Position numbers and translations under genes: made by a program. 64,000 nucleotides of DNA, taken from Pecten maximus (lineage: Eukaryota). Positions 36,001 through 48,700 of the stretch are shown here, piece after piece. The stretch spans positions 20,584,001-20,648,000 of the forward strand of contig NC_047017.1 of the NCBI RefSeq assembly GCF_902652985.1, read 5' to 3'. Within the stretch, counting starts at the first letter, position 1; each line of letters opens with the position of its first letter. The notes beneath the pieces are model-generated. The model saw only the letters and a list, made by a program, of their open reading frames with translations, ran no database searches and was not told the DNA's origin.

Positions 36001-39000
36001 AACTCAGTGATACTTAAGCCACTAACTTAGTTCTATCTACGCCACTAACTCATTGATACTAACACCACTAACTTAGTTCTATCTACGCCACTAACTCAGT
36101 GATACTTATGCCACTAACTTAGTTCTATCTACGCCACTAACTCAGTGATACTTATGCCACTAACTTAGTTCTACCTAAGCCTCTAACTCAGTGATACTTA
36201 CGCCACTAACATAGTTCTACCTATGCCACTAAATCATTGATACTTACGCCACTAACATAGTTCTACTTATGCCACTGAGTCAGTTATACTTACGCCACTA
36301 ACTAAGTTCTACCTAAGCCACTAACTCATTGATACTTACGCCACTAACAAACTAAGTTCTACCTACGCCACTAACATAGCTCTACCTACACCACTAACTC
36401 ACTGATACTTACGCCACTTACTTAGTTCTACCTAAGCCACTAACTCAGTGATACTTATGCCTCTAACTAATTCTACCTAAGCCTCTAACTCAGCGATACT
36501 TACGCCTCTAACTCTTGTTTCATCTTGGTGAACTCTTCCTTGGTCATTGTGCCTTCCCCTTCTCCCAGTCGCTGTAACTTTTCCCGTGATGCATCAAAGT
36601 CTGGGCGTGGTGGAGCGGGAGGTATCTGAATGATACAAATTTAATGCACAAAATTTGATAACAAAATTTTTATGAAATCAGAAATACACACAAAAAGATC
36701 TGATATTCATGAGTTTTCATAAAATACAAATATATACATGATTACAAATGAGCAAAATCAACATGAAATGAATTTTTTTTCCAATTTCTTTAAAAATGAA
36801 CTTACGACAACACCAGCATATTCTTCATTCTCCACATAGCGATCGTGTAGCCAGATAAACTCCTCATGCTGCCGTACCACAGAAAACTCTCCCTCTTTAA
36901 ACTTTTGCAAAGAAGTCTAGAAAACAATGATATCTATATGAAATAATTGGCAAGTTTTACTTATCAATAATTACATATACATCAGGCTCAGTTTCATTAA
37001 TGTTTCTTATCTTAACTAAATCAAAATTTCCCTATTGGAAAAAAATATTGAATTCAAAGAAAGATTTTAGTTTTGGAACTTTCCTTTAATTCTGTAGAGC
37101 TATTTCTTAAAGGAAATCTTAAGTTGAGGGATTTACTGAAGTTATTAGTTTTGTGAATATTGAAGAAACATTTGTCATTAAAGCTTAATAAGGCCCAATA
37201 TTACCATTAACACCTGTGATTATGATCATTTACAATTATAAACTTAAGATAAAGATACTACATCAGTGATACACTTACCTTTGTGTGAACAGTAAACTTG
37301 ACTTTGTCTCTCTCGCTTAAAGCATCAGAAATGTCAACTTGTAGGGATGTATCTGTTGACAAATCTACCGTCTCAGATCTTGGCTGAAGGATAAAACAAC
37401 ATCACATTAACAGCGACAGCTTCTGGAAGGACGCCAGCTGTTTACTTCCGAACACACTGGTACCAGTACCGATTTGTACACCTTATATTCAGTTGGTGAG
37501 AACTATATTGGGGAAAATGTCTTCGGGGCATTCAGCAATCAAGAGAATGGTTGTAGGATAACTTGGCCAAAACAGGTTTTCTTTGTTTTTACTTAATCAA
37601 TTCTGTATCTTTAATCATATATATGGTTGTAGCTAAGTACATTTTTCTTACTGAATTTAAATTTACTTTGTTTGATAAAAATGCCAATTGCTGTACATAA
37701 CTTCCTTTTGTTTAGAGCTTCTACATAAGTTATTATGTATTCAATTCATGTTTCTATCAACGGGATATCTCCGACCATATACAGATACAGTTGGTGTCTT
37801 TGCCATTGGAAACTAGGAGTTGAGAATGACTCGGGTCAGTGCAGATAGAAATTCTCAAGGCCATGCCAATTTATTTTTTTTTCTAATTTTATACAATGCA
37901 ACAAGCACAAATATATAGCCTACAAGTATTTCTAAGAGAAAAAAAACATACCCTTTCCATCCCATAGTAATGTTTTGGCAAATCAACAATCAATTTGTGA
38001 TTTGATTGTTGATTTGCCAAAACATTTCCATGGGATGGAAAGGCTTAAGAATAAGTTGTTTTTTCTCTTAGAAATACTAGTAGACTAATTTGTGCTTGTT
38101 GCATTGTATAATATAAGATTTCAAAAAAAAAAAAAAAAAAAAAAAAAAATTCGGCATGGCCTATCTACACTGACCCAAGTAAGCATAGATCCTAGAAATT
38201 GATAAATACCTTAATACTGTATTAAATAGAAGTGCCAAATAACTATCTACATATTTGTATTAATATATAATTATAACTTCACCAAAGTGTACAAAAAATG
38301 AATTTAAGAAAATGTGACGGACATATAGAAAATTAGAAATCAATAGAAAATTACTGTCACTATATTGAAGATCAGGGGGCAAAATTTTTGTTGAAGGAGG
38401 AAGTGTTTTATGCAACAGGACTATTCTGTCACTTATCTGTGACCGATATATGTATGTAAATATACATTAACAAATAAGGCAATTAATGCCTGCCTGGGAT
38501 CTTTTCTTCATCTCCTTGTTTACCAATAGGAATATTTGGTTACTTGAGAGCAATATCACATAGGAAGATACGCGTGTGCACATGTACACCCTATGTTGTT
38601 AATACCGGTACTGTGTATTAGGTCTACCTAAAATCTATGTCCCCTCCCCCTTTTCCAAATGGAAGACATTCAATAAATTGTTTATTTTATATTACTCGTG
38701 GGCAAACATGATGGATATAGCGTTTACTCTTATGCGATCATCGTATGTGTTTACGTTAGAGATGTTGAATTGTGTCGTGGCTCGTGGCTCTAATGTGGAC
38801 AATGCTGAGTTGACTCATCGACGAACACTGAACAGGTAAAATCTGATGAAGTCACCAACTGTTTTGGAACTTTAAAGAATGTCTAACATGCGATATTATG
38901 ATACTTACCTTGTTTTCCTGGTCCCCTTCCAAAAGGTCGGGCCCGTCATCCAAACCGTCCTGGAAAAAATGGAAATAGATGTATTAAAACATAAATCAGG

Positions 39001-39060
39001 TAACTAATTTCCTATTTACATATCCTCAAACAGGAAACATCAATGTACACCCACCATCAT
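30080..39060 (-). CDS. SNX6: Sorting nexin-6 (SNX5/6/32 family, PX-BAR), 14 coding exons, 407 aa
   Basis: Exons (5' to 3'): 39055-39060, 38909-38959, 37279-37383, 36806-36916, 36504-36625, 34004-34127, 33266-33361, 32909-33014, 32534-32609, 31885-31924, 31477-31659, 31265-31328, 30598-30683, 30080-30133; total 1224 nt. The translation [125 protein letters not shown] is diagnostic. Confidence 0.96.
33410..33900. repeat. 25-bp minisatellite in SNX6 intron 6
   Basis: Unit gacaaagttctctagttcagtgg(a/g)a, roughly 18 copies, degenerate at the left end. Confidence 0.9.
34255..34440. mobile_element. 186-bp MITE with CAGGGCTTTTTCT TIRs and a 5-bp TSD (hAT-like termini)
   Basis: agctt|cagggctttttct ... 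agaaaaagccctg|agctt. Confidence 0.8.
34487..35762. mobile_element. Non-autonomous Tc1/mariner(pogo)-type element with TA TSD
   Basis: ta|cagtcaaacctg ... caggtttgactg|ta. Subterminal ggtcgctatagacagg-type repeats occur at both ends. No transposase ORF. Confidence 0.85.
34637..34803. mobile_element. 167-bp MITE nested in the Tc1/mariner element; IS3EU-like termini (TAY..RTA, 6-bp TSD)
   Basis: ttcaga|tacggaagtatagaggggacat ... atgtcccctctatacttccgta|ttcaga, with internal cgtgcgcacg palindromes. Confidence 0.85.
35823..36514 (-). repeat. Tandem array (about 30 x 23 bp, alternating variants) derived from the SNX6 exon-5 end plus splice donor
   Basis: Minus-strand units GAGTTAG(T/A)GGC|GTAAGTATCACT and AAGTTAGTGGC|GTAG(G/A)TAGAACT copy the real junction GAG TTA GAG GC|gtaagtatc at 36504/36503. 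Confidence 0.9.
37829..38180. mobile_element. Fold-back inverted repeat of about 350 bp (MITE-like) in SNX6 intron 2
   Basis: The left arm (actcgggtcagtgcagatag..ggccatgcc..atacaatgcaacaagcacaaat..tgttttggcaaatcaacaatcaa) is mirrored after a loop of about 8 nt near 37995. Confidence 0.85.
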
Positions 39061-39072
39061 GGCTGCAGCTAA

Positions 39073-39080
39073 TCACGTGA
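39073..39080. promoter_or_regulatory. Palindromic E-box TCACGTGA (CLEAR/USF-type) immediately upstream of the SNX6 ATG
   Basis: The 12-bp palindrome aaTCACGTGAtt lies about 13 nt from the start codon. Confidence 0.4.
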
Positions 39081-41094
39081 TTATAAAATTCGGAACGCAT
39101 CGGGAGTTTTTATATTACTCATACATTTCTAAAATATATGACTTACTTCCCTTTGACTGTGTAGTTAATTTAGAATATTTTTCTTTTTCTTTTCTTTGTG
39201 TGTTAGGCCTGGCTTTCAAAATTAACACAGTGATTGGCATATCGATGATAATTGTTCTCATAGGCCTACTAGATCTTAATGCGCATATTGATGAATTTTA
39301 AAGACACCCAATGCATTTCAATCATTTCAATTTCCAAAAAAAAAAAAAAAAAAACGAATAAAACCTATTTTTCGGTATTTTACATGAAATTCTGTGTTCG
39401 TGTCTTAGAGTTCTGTGTTCAGAAATCTTTATTTCATTAAAATATACTGCGTTCAAATTAATTTCCATAAAGTCGATACTACATGTATAAGCTTAGCTGA
39501 TATAGAGTACTGTATATATATCACATATGTTGATATTCTTCATTAGATCCGTCTGCACGTGCATGTGTACGCCGCCTACCTGTATTGGTGCTGTTGTGTA
39601 CTAATTTGATTAAACAAAGATATCTAAAGACCGCGTACATGTCCTGGATCACAATGCGTAAATGGAATCCCAAACTAATCGAATTCGAGAAATAAACTAA
39701 ACGTTTATAGTTTCAGGAGAAACATGAAAGCTGAATAGTAAGATATAGTTCTGCCAATTCAACTTTGAGCCTGATTGAGAAAACAAGATATAGGATTGTG
39801 TGACAGGGAAACTAAATTTTTAATTTTGACAGCTGAAGCTTTTAATTGCTATTTCTTGCGAAGGATTATTTGATTTAAACATATCTTATTGCGTTGGTGC
39901 AGCAAACGGATTGTACGGTCACAAGTTATTTCAACATTACACATGCCTTCTCCTGAATAAGTTTTACATAAATTGATAGATTGCATATTCAAATAATATA
40001 GTGATAATACAACAGATATATGACGACGAGTTAACGTCACATTAACTAAACCTTTGGATTTATTATACTACATACTTTCATTTTATAGGAATAGTACATT
40101 TATATTCATAACGATGACATCCAGAATCAATACATTAATATTTGACAGTAGGGTAAGTTTTTGCATATCTTAACGAGTAAATATGAAAAAATGATAGGCA
40201 TTATCACAAGTACATGTATATATCCATAGTTCTCAGGTCAGATGTACTCTAAAAATTAAAAATGGTAATGATTTTATATATATACTTCACAGGCGCGGAT
40301 CCAGGATTTTCGAAAGGGGGGGGGGGGGGGGGGGGGGGGCTGAATCGCTAGTTCTTCAGCTTTGTATGCATTGTATATTTAGTTTTCGGTCTGGCGGTCT
40401 GGAATAAAAGGCCAATGTTCAGACTTGATGTAGGTTTCCTTGGTCCTCAGTAGGATTACAAGAAGGCCAACCGAAAACAGCCATCTTGTATTTTGACATT
40501 TAAAGTTTGTTATCGCTATTTTTTGAGAAGTCATTCAAAGATATCTCTGAATCAAAGTACTGAAAGTACTGAAGACACAAACGAAAACAAATTATTTTAA
40601 CTGCTTTTGTTTAGTGGGGACATGGTCAACTTTGTATGGAACATCACCAATACCTGATTAGGACTAGGACAAAATATTGGCAAGAAAAGAAATTCATATC
40701 TTCTTTTGATTGGAAGTGCGTCTTGGCAGCTAATTGTCAGAATAGGTACTCAGGTAATCTTATTTGACATCTTCAATGGGTTAATGTATACGTAGTTGTA
40801 GATGTAATATGAAGGTCCTAGATTACCTGTAAAATTAATGAGGCCTTTCTTTTCAAACTTTTGAGGATCCCATGCCTATAAGCGCTTCACAAATTATCAT
40901 TATCATTAGCCATTGAAAAGATATTTATACATTTGATGTAGCGCCCCATCTAGCTACCAGCTTTTAGATCAGAGCTCAGGTTAAAAACACTTGTGTGATT
41001 GTTTTAGGATTTTATCGTGTGTGTGAGCCCTGGTTTGAATTATGTTATGTCAAGGTTTTGAATGATATTTTGTGGCAGATTGTTTCATCTCTTC

Positions 41095-41674
41095 AGTACC
41101 TTCTGTAAAATAGCGATAACAAACTTCAATTGTCAAAATACAATATGGCTGCCTGTCGACCATGTTGTTTTCCGATTAGTCGCAAAATGCAATATCCATA
41201 ACTAGGCACCGAGGGGAACCTACATATAAAATTTTAGAAAGATCCCTTCAGCACTTTCTGAGAAATAGCGATAACAAACTTCAATTGTCTAAATCCAAGA
41301 TGGCTGCCTGTCGGCCATATTGTTTTCCGATTGGTCTCAAAATGCAATATACATAACTAATGTAAGCACCAAGAGGAACCTACATATGAAATTTGAGAAA
41401 GATCAATTCAGTGCTTTCTGAGAAATAGCAATAACAAACTTCAATTGTCAAAACCTAAGATGGCTGCCTGTCGGCCATATTGTTTTCCGATAAGTCTCAA
41501 AATGCAATATGCATAACTAGAAATCAAGAGAAACCTATATATGAAATTTTAGAAGATCCCTTCAGTACTTTGAGAAATAGCGATAACAAGAATTGTTTAC
41601 GGATGGAGGGACGGACGGACCACAGACGCAGGGCGATTTGAATAGCCCACCATCTGATGATGGTGGGTTAAAAA
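41095..41674 (+). mobile_element. Non-autonomous Helentron/HINE (pearl-like) element: about 156-bp core repeats, microsatellite and 3' hairpin
   Basis: Slightly more than three tandem cores (gaaatagcgataacaaacttcaattgtc..aagatggctgcc..), then (ggac)n, then hairpin gcccaccatc-tgat-gatggtgggt and an A-run. Inverted fragments of the core occur at about 40470-40570 and 44400-44660. Confidence 0.75.
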
Positions 41675-44600
41675 CACCTGGGTCTGATAAACAGACTCTG
41701 GAGGCGTAGAATTCGGATGTAGACAGGGCAGGGTATACCATCACAACGGCCACATTAAACTAAGCACTATATTCAAAACTTAGAATTACATGCTCATATC
41801 AGCTCAGACTTGAGACAGTTTCTTAATCGCTCATTAGAGTGAACATGATTTTCATATAGCACTCTACGTTATATGTTTACACTCCATACTGTGTAGCTAC
41901 AAATAATCTATACAACAAAAACACATTCATTCACATGTACAGTTCAAATCAATTTGAAGTGGAATTTTGTTTTTCACCTATGTACATTGCATCAAATATT
42001 CTCCGCAATAGTATATGTACCATATACATAACTGTAACTGCACGATACATATATATATGTATGGTATATACAGTATATCATGTTAATTAATGTTAGTGAG
42101 ATGTGAATGTAGCTATATGTATTGATATCATCGATTTCAAAATCAGAGGTTTTTTTTTAATCTGCAGCATGTCTCAGATGAAAATGTAGTTCGAATGCCC
42201 AAACTGGATGAACTGTACATGTAGTAGCATTCTTCAAAGTCCATTATGAATGCTTTTCATACAAATGTATTTCTTTCAATTGTTCATGTGTTTAAATTAT
42301 TAGAACACTGAAGTAATTTTTATTTTCATAAAAATGAAAGTACTGCTTATCTTTAAAACTAAATTGGATATTGATAAGATAAATTTGCCAAAATGTTAAA
42401 AATCAAACCTTATTAAGTAGAATCTAAACAGTTGTAAATGGCTAAGCCCACTATTCTTAACAACAAAATTACTCATTTTGATTCTCTGTCAAATATAATC
42501 AGGTTACTTGAAGACTTTGTCAGAAAAGTTAACACATATATACATTATTAATAGTTGCTTTAATTAAATTAATCTGAATTTGAACATTAAACCGACTTAA
42601 CAATTTAAATGAAAAATATGTGTTTTCACCATTGACCATAATTGATAAGAAGAAAATAATTATTTAACTCAACCTATGATATAGTATGTAACAGCCATCA
42701 AGACAATACTATTATCTTTAGTCATGCCAAGTTATTTCACAATAGGATATATGCACAACACAAACAAGTTTTACACATTTTTGTTGTTTAGAAGAATAAT
42801 GAACTTAGTAATTTTTGCTGTTCTTCTCAAATAATATGTACTAGTGTTGTAAAGAAAAAAAGATTAAATAATAATAATAAATCTAAGTTATAATAAATTA
42901 TTTGCATTGATTTATCAATACTTTACTGTGCATTAGTTTAAAGGTTAATTTAATTCAGAAGCTGAAATGATTTAAGACAGAAAAAACCGCAGATGTAGGA
43001 ATATAACATTTCCACTGCCTTTAAATATCTCTGGTTAAATTTAGCAATCAGTACATTTCCATGAAAAATTGTGTTTTCTAAAGAGTTACTGCCCTTTAAC
43101 CGTCCCTGAAGCGTTCAAAACTCCACCAAACATAATAAAGGTCTATGTAGATGTACATCGTAGACCCCTTTCTTTTTTATAATATGCTTCGACTGTTATG
43201 TAATATTTCAAATGATAATGATAGATCATTTTCTATTTTTTTTAAACCATCACGAATATTAGAAAAAAAGAATCAGTCGCTATAATTAGAGATGATATTT
43301 TCAGTGACGTCTACATCTGCATGCAGACAGCCACGTTAATGCGGTACGCGTTCTGTAAACGAAAAACTTCATGTGCATTACGTAGGATATAATCAATAGA
43401 TCCGAAGTCAATATTAATATTCACAAGTCCATTTGCCTTTTCGAAACCCTATTCAGTGAGAATTTATTTAACTTTTTATTTGCAAACATGCGTATGGTAC
43501 TCGACTGCCGTTGTTGTGATATTGTCATGATGAATAGACAACTTTTTTCTTTCGTAAAAAAACATCTATATAATCTAACCATCTGCAGACTACATCAATC
43601 ACATGCAAGTTAATATTTCAGTGAGAAAATGACAGTCAAAGTTGGGTTTGATCACCTACTCTTGCTTTTATTATTGTTTACATTACTGAAAGATGGCGGA
43701 CAAAATCGGATGCTGGATGAGTGATTTTCAATGTACAAAATAACAACGATATTCCGACGAAACTTTATCAATTTTATAACCCATTCAGTAACATGCCACC
43801 AAAGAAAAAAAACACATAGATGTCGATGATGAAAATTCAGCGTGATGTTAGTAGATTTTTCTTCCGGGTCACAGCTAAGCAGCAATATGGCGCCAGCGAA
43901 AAGTCGATTGTATCATTCCGCGTGAAATCTAATGCGTTCAACGCGGAAAAATATTCTTACGTATCATCGACAGAACATACTTAAATTAAATACTTTGAAA
44001 ACTATCTATTTGTGAGGTTCTGTTGTTTTGTCATATATCTAACGAAACTGCAGTGTTGCATTTGACTCCGTAAGTCACGGGACTATTATTTTTTTGCGAT
44101 AGAATATGATTGTGAAGTGGCAGTGGAAGTTGTGTCAGAGCGAACGAAAATGCCAAAAAAAAACAAAACACATTGTCCTGTCAGCTTCTAAAATACAACA
44201 AAACAAAAGGTGATTTTTTATAGCTGAACTTTACAATATGTCATTTTTCATCGTGAATATTTACGATATTTACAAATATTTACTGCATAGCATTACGGAG
44301 TTACTGTAAAGCAACGGTTAGATTGGCCAAGGCAGTATCCGCCAGAGGGCATCGTAGATTTTGTCAGCTACACCTCAAAAGCGCTGACATAGACTCAAAC
44401 TAACGTTTGTGTCAAAAATCATATGTATCTTCACCATGGTCCCTTGTTGTACATTTCAATTTAAAAAATTTAAAATCTTATCAGAAAAATAAAATATGGC
44501 CGACTGGAGGCCATCTTTAATTCTGAGTTTGTTAATTATTGCAATTTCTCGAGAAGTATTGAAAGGGTCTTTCACATACTTGATATGCTCGTTACTCTGG

Positions 44601-45199
44601 TCCCTTGTTATACTTTGAAACAAAATGACCAACAGACAGCCATCTTGGATGTAAACACTTAAACTTTCAAAGGAAGCGAAAGAACAGATAGAGAATAGAC
44701 CAGGTCATACAGACTTACGAGCGATTGACAACTGAAGCGAATGCCATGCGTCTTGAGTCAGAGTCGGCTTCGTCTTGGTTAAAATTTAATCTATGAGAAC
44801 CTATTCTACAAACTGTCGTTATCAGTATTCCTGTACTATCATTCGTCGTCAGATTATGAAAATGTTTAAAAAGATCCGACGACGAACGATCTATTCTTTT
44901 CTTAGTCGCTATGATCTTTGCTGATTAACATTTGGTTGTCAGGTTCGTTAAACTGTCGTCAAAGGTATGTTAAATATTGCCAAAATGTCGCCCATTAGTC
45001 TTTATAGTAGTCTCATTCCATTCACCAATCGGTCGTAATTTCGAAACTGCTTTTTTTCATACGTCAGCAAACCGTACGTGGTATATAAGTTTGCTTTAGA
45101 CTTGTTTTTTTCCAGTTTTGGTTCAAAGCTGATATTTGGTTGCATGGTTAATCTTTAGACATAATTTACTATGAAAGTGATTCTGTTGCAGCATGTTCT

Positions 45200-45455
45200 C
45201 CGCGACATGACCGAAGTTGTTGTGGTTCAACGCTCCATATCCGTGGTTAGTTTTGTTTCCTGGGATGAAACGGACCGGTCTATGCTGAAGTGGTTGTGTC
45301 CGTGGGAAAGGCACTTGACCCCTATCGATCTTGATGGCATATGACGGACCTTCTGTATGCTGTTCAATGAGGAAGCCACCAGCTACTACAAGGAAACCCC
45401 TCCTCATTATGATCCTGGCTGTTCAAGGGGCGATAAACCCAACCGACAAACACAA
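45200..45455 (+). mobile_element. Degenerate SINE with CORE-like domain
   Basis: gttgtgtccgtgggaaaggcacttgacc resembles the CORE motif. The tail tatgatcctggctgttcaaggggcgataaacc resembles the tail of the other SINEs here. Confidence 0.5.
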
Positions 45456-45771
45456 TTTGGTATGACTGCTGGTTAGTCTGAATAATTAAGATTTTCTATC
45501 TGCTATATACTGCTGGGGGCTGATGAGTCTCCCGACTTTCTCGGACTAGAATCTGACGAACTTTTTAAAATCTAATATGGTGTTGTTGTGTGCATAAATG
45601 ACATTTGTTGATCCTAATCATACTTAGGAATAAATTAACAAAGACTGACTAAATATGAAAACATTTAATGGACAAAACAGGTACATGTACATAATAATAG
45701 GCCTATTCAGAGTTGATAACGGATCCGTGAGTGACTCAGACGCGCGACATACATTATGTTAATGTGTTGGG

Positions 45772-48700
45772 CTAGCTTACTATCATCATCGGGAACACAA
45801 AACAGAACATATAATTGCCGTTTTCGTCTTTTAAGTCCCACTGTACATCTAAACTGATCTGTAACAAGAAAAATACAATATTAAAAAATGAAATGGCATT
45901 ATTGTAATTATCCAATGGTACAAGTGTAAAAAATAGAGAGTATACGGTTACAAACCGCAAGGCCGTAATAATCAATCTGGCGTAAATTTCCCTTTACCCT
46001 AATGGTAGGATGTTTGCCTTGAGAGCGAAAGGTCGCTAGTTCGAAGCCCGGCACGGGCAGGGTATTTTTCATTATCCTTATCTTGATTTTAAAAAAAATG
46101 TTGAATAACAATTCGGTGTATTTGAACATTCCTTGGATGTATAAAACATTTAGACATTTATGAAAGTTTGCATTCTGATTTATCAGAGTTCCTTCGTCCG
46201 TCAACTTATAATTGTACATTAGGTATATCGAGGGACAAGGCGGGTGATTGTGCTTGACAGCCGATGGCGGCCGTGAATGGAAATAATTAGGCAAGATTAA
46301 CCAGCAGACAAATCCGTGGTCATCGAATGAAAGAAGTACATAAATCTAGAAGTAGTTAAAATATAATCATGGCGGCCGATCGAGATACTTTTCTTGATTT
46401 AAACATTTTAATTCAACAAATATATTACATGGGTACTTGAAAAGGGAGAAGTTAAGCACGTGGCGACGTACACATTTAAAGTGACTTGTAAGTACTATAA
46501 TTACCAATGGGTATGTTGGAATGACAGCGAAAAACTGGACATAGGAGTACTTTGTTGAGCTTGTGAGTGGACATTGCAGACCGGAATCTTTACATCCGTT
46601 TGAATTGGGCATGGCGAACTTGACCGGTATTCCCATCACTATCCCGTAAATCTCGGACGTCACCTGTGCCGAGTTGGTTGCTATGACGAGACAAGCAAAC
46701 AATATCAGAATAACTGTTTGTTGTTTTTCTTAGATACGAAATATGCACAATTTTAGAAATAAGGAAGTGGTGGTCTAGATAGTGTTAGAAAAGTCTAGCT
46801 GAGGTAAGAATTATGGTCTAGTAAGGATCGGAACAGTCTAGTGGGGTAAGAATGGTCTAGTTAGGATCGGAACAGTCTAGTGGGGTTAGAATGGTCTAGT
46901 TAGGATAGGAACAGTCTAGTGGGGGGTTAGAATGGTCTAGTTAGGATCGGAACAGTCTAGTGGGGTAAGAATGGTCTAGTTAGGATCGGAACAGTCTAGT
47001 GGGGTAAGAATGGTCTAGTTAGGATCGGAACAGTCTAGTGGGGTAAGAATGGTCTAGTTAGGATCGGAACAGTCTAGTGGGGTTAGAATGGTCTAGTTAG
47101 GATAGGAACAGTCTAGTGGGGGGTTAGAATGGTCTAGTTAGGATCGGAACAGTCTAGTGGGGGTTAGAATGGTCTAGTTAGGATCGGAAGTCTGGTGGGG
47201 TAAGAATGGTCTAGTTAGGATAGGAACAGTCTATTGGGGTTAGAATGGTCTAGTTAGGATCGGAACAGTCTAGAGGGGGTTGGAATGGTCTAGTTAGGAT
47301 AGGAACAGTCTAGTGGGGGTTAGAATGGTCTAGTTAGGATCGGAACAGTCTAGTGGGGGTTGGAATGGTCTAGTTAGGATAGGAACAGTCTAGTGGGGTA
47401 AGAATGGCCTAGTTAGGATAGGAACAGTCTAGTGGGGTAAGAATGGCCTAGTTAGGTTAGGAACAGTCTAGTGGGATTAGAATGGTCTAGTTAGGATAGG
47501 AACAGTCTGTTGGGGGTTGGAATGGTCTAGTTAGGATCGGAACAGTCTAGTGGGGTTAGGATGGTCTAGTTAGGATAGGAACAGTCTAGTGGGGTTAGAA
47601 TGGTCTAGTTAGGATAGGAACAGTCTAGTGGGGGTTAGAATGGTCTAGTTAGGATCGGAACAGTCTAATGGGGGTTAGGATGGTCTAGTTAGGATCGGAA
47701 CAGTCTAGTGGGGTTAGGATGGTCTAGTTAGGATAGGAACAGTCTAGTGGGGGTTGGAATGGTCTAGTTTGATAGGAACAGTCTAGTGAGGGTTATAATG
47801 GTCTAGTTAGGATCGGAACAGTCTTGTGGGGGTTATAATGGTCTAGTTAGGATCGGAACAGTCTAGTGGGGTTAGAATGGTCTAGTTAGGATAGGAACAG
47901 TCTGGTGGGGGTTAGAATGGTCTAGTTAGGATAGGAACAGTCTAGTGGGGGTTGGAATGGTCTATTATAGGATAGGAACAGTCTAGTGGGGGTTGGAATG
48001 GTCTAGTTAGGATCGGAACTGTCTAGTGGGGGTTGGAATGGTCTAGTTAGGATAGGAACAGTCTAGTGGGGGTTGGAATGGTCTATTATAGGATAGGAAC
48101 AGTCTAGTGGGGGTTGGAATGGTCTAGTTAGGATCGGAACAGTCTATTGATGAGTTAGAATGGTCTAGTTAGGATAGGAACAGTCTAGTGGGGGTTGGAA
48201 TGGTCTAGTTAGGATCGGAACAGTCTATTGATGGGTTAGAATGGTCTAGTTAGGATCGGAACAGTCTAGTGGGGGTTGGAATGGTCTAGTTAGGATCGGA
48301 ACAGTCTAGTGGGGTTGGAATGGTCTATTATAGGATAGGAACAGTCTAGTGGGGGTTGGAATGGTCTAGTTAGGATCGGAACAGTCTAGTGGGGGTTATG
48401 ATGGTCTAGTTAGGATAGGAACAGTCTAGTGGGGTTAGAATGGTCTAGTTAGGATAGGAACAGTCTAGTGGGGGTTGGAATGGTCTAGTTAGGATCGGAA
48501 CAGTCTAGTGGGGGTTGGAATGGTCTAGTTAGGATCGGAACAGTCTAGTGGGGTTGGAATGGTCTATTATAGGATAGGAACAGTCTAGTGGGGGTTGGAA
48601 TGGTCTAGTTAGGATCGGAACAGTCTAGTGGGGGTTTATAATGGTTTAGTTAGGATAGGAACAGTCTAGTGGGGGTTATGATGGTCTAGTTAGGATCGGA

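Noticed and set aside
45990-46070. Possible functional tRNA gene
   Set aside because: A/B boxes are present but no full cloverleaf could be formed; treated as a tRNA-derived fragment.
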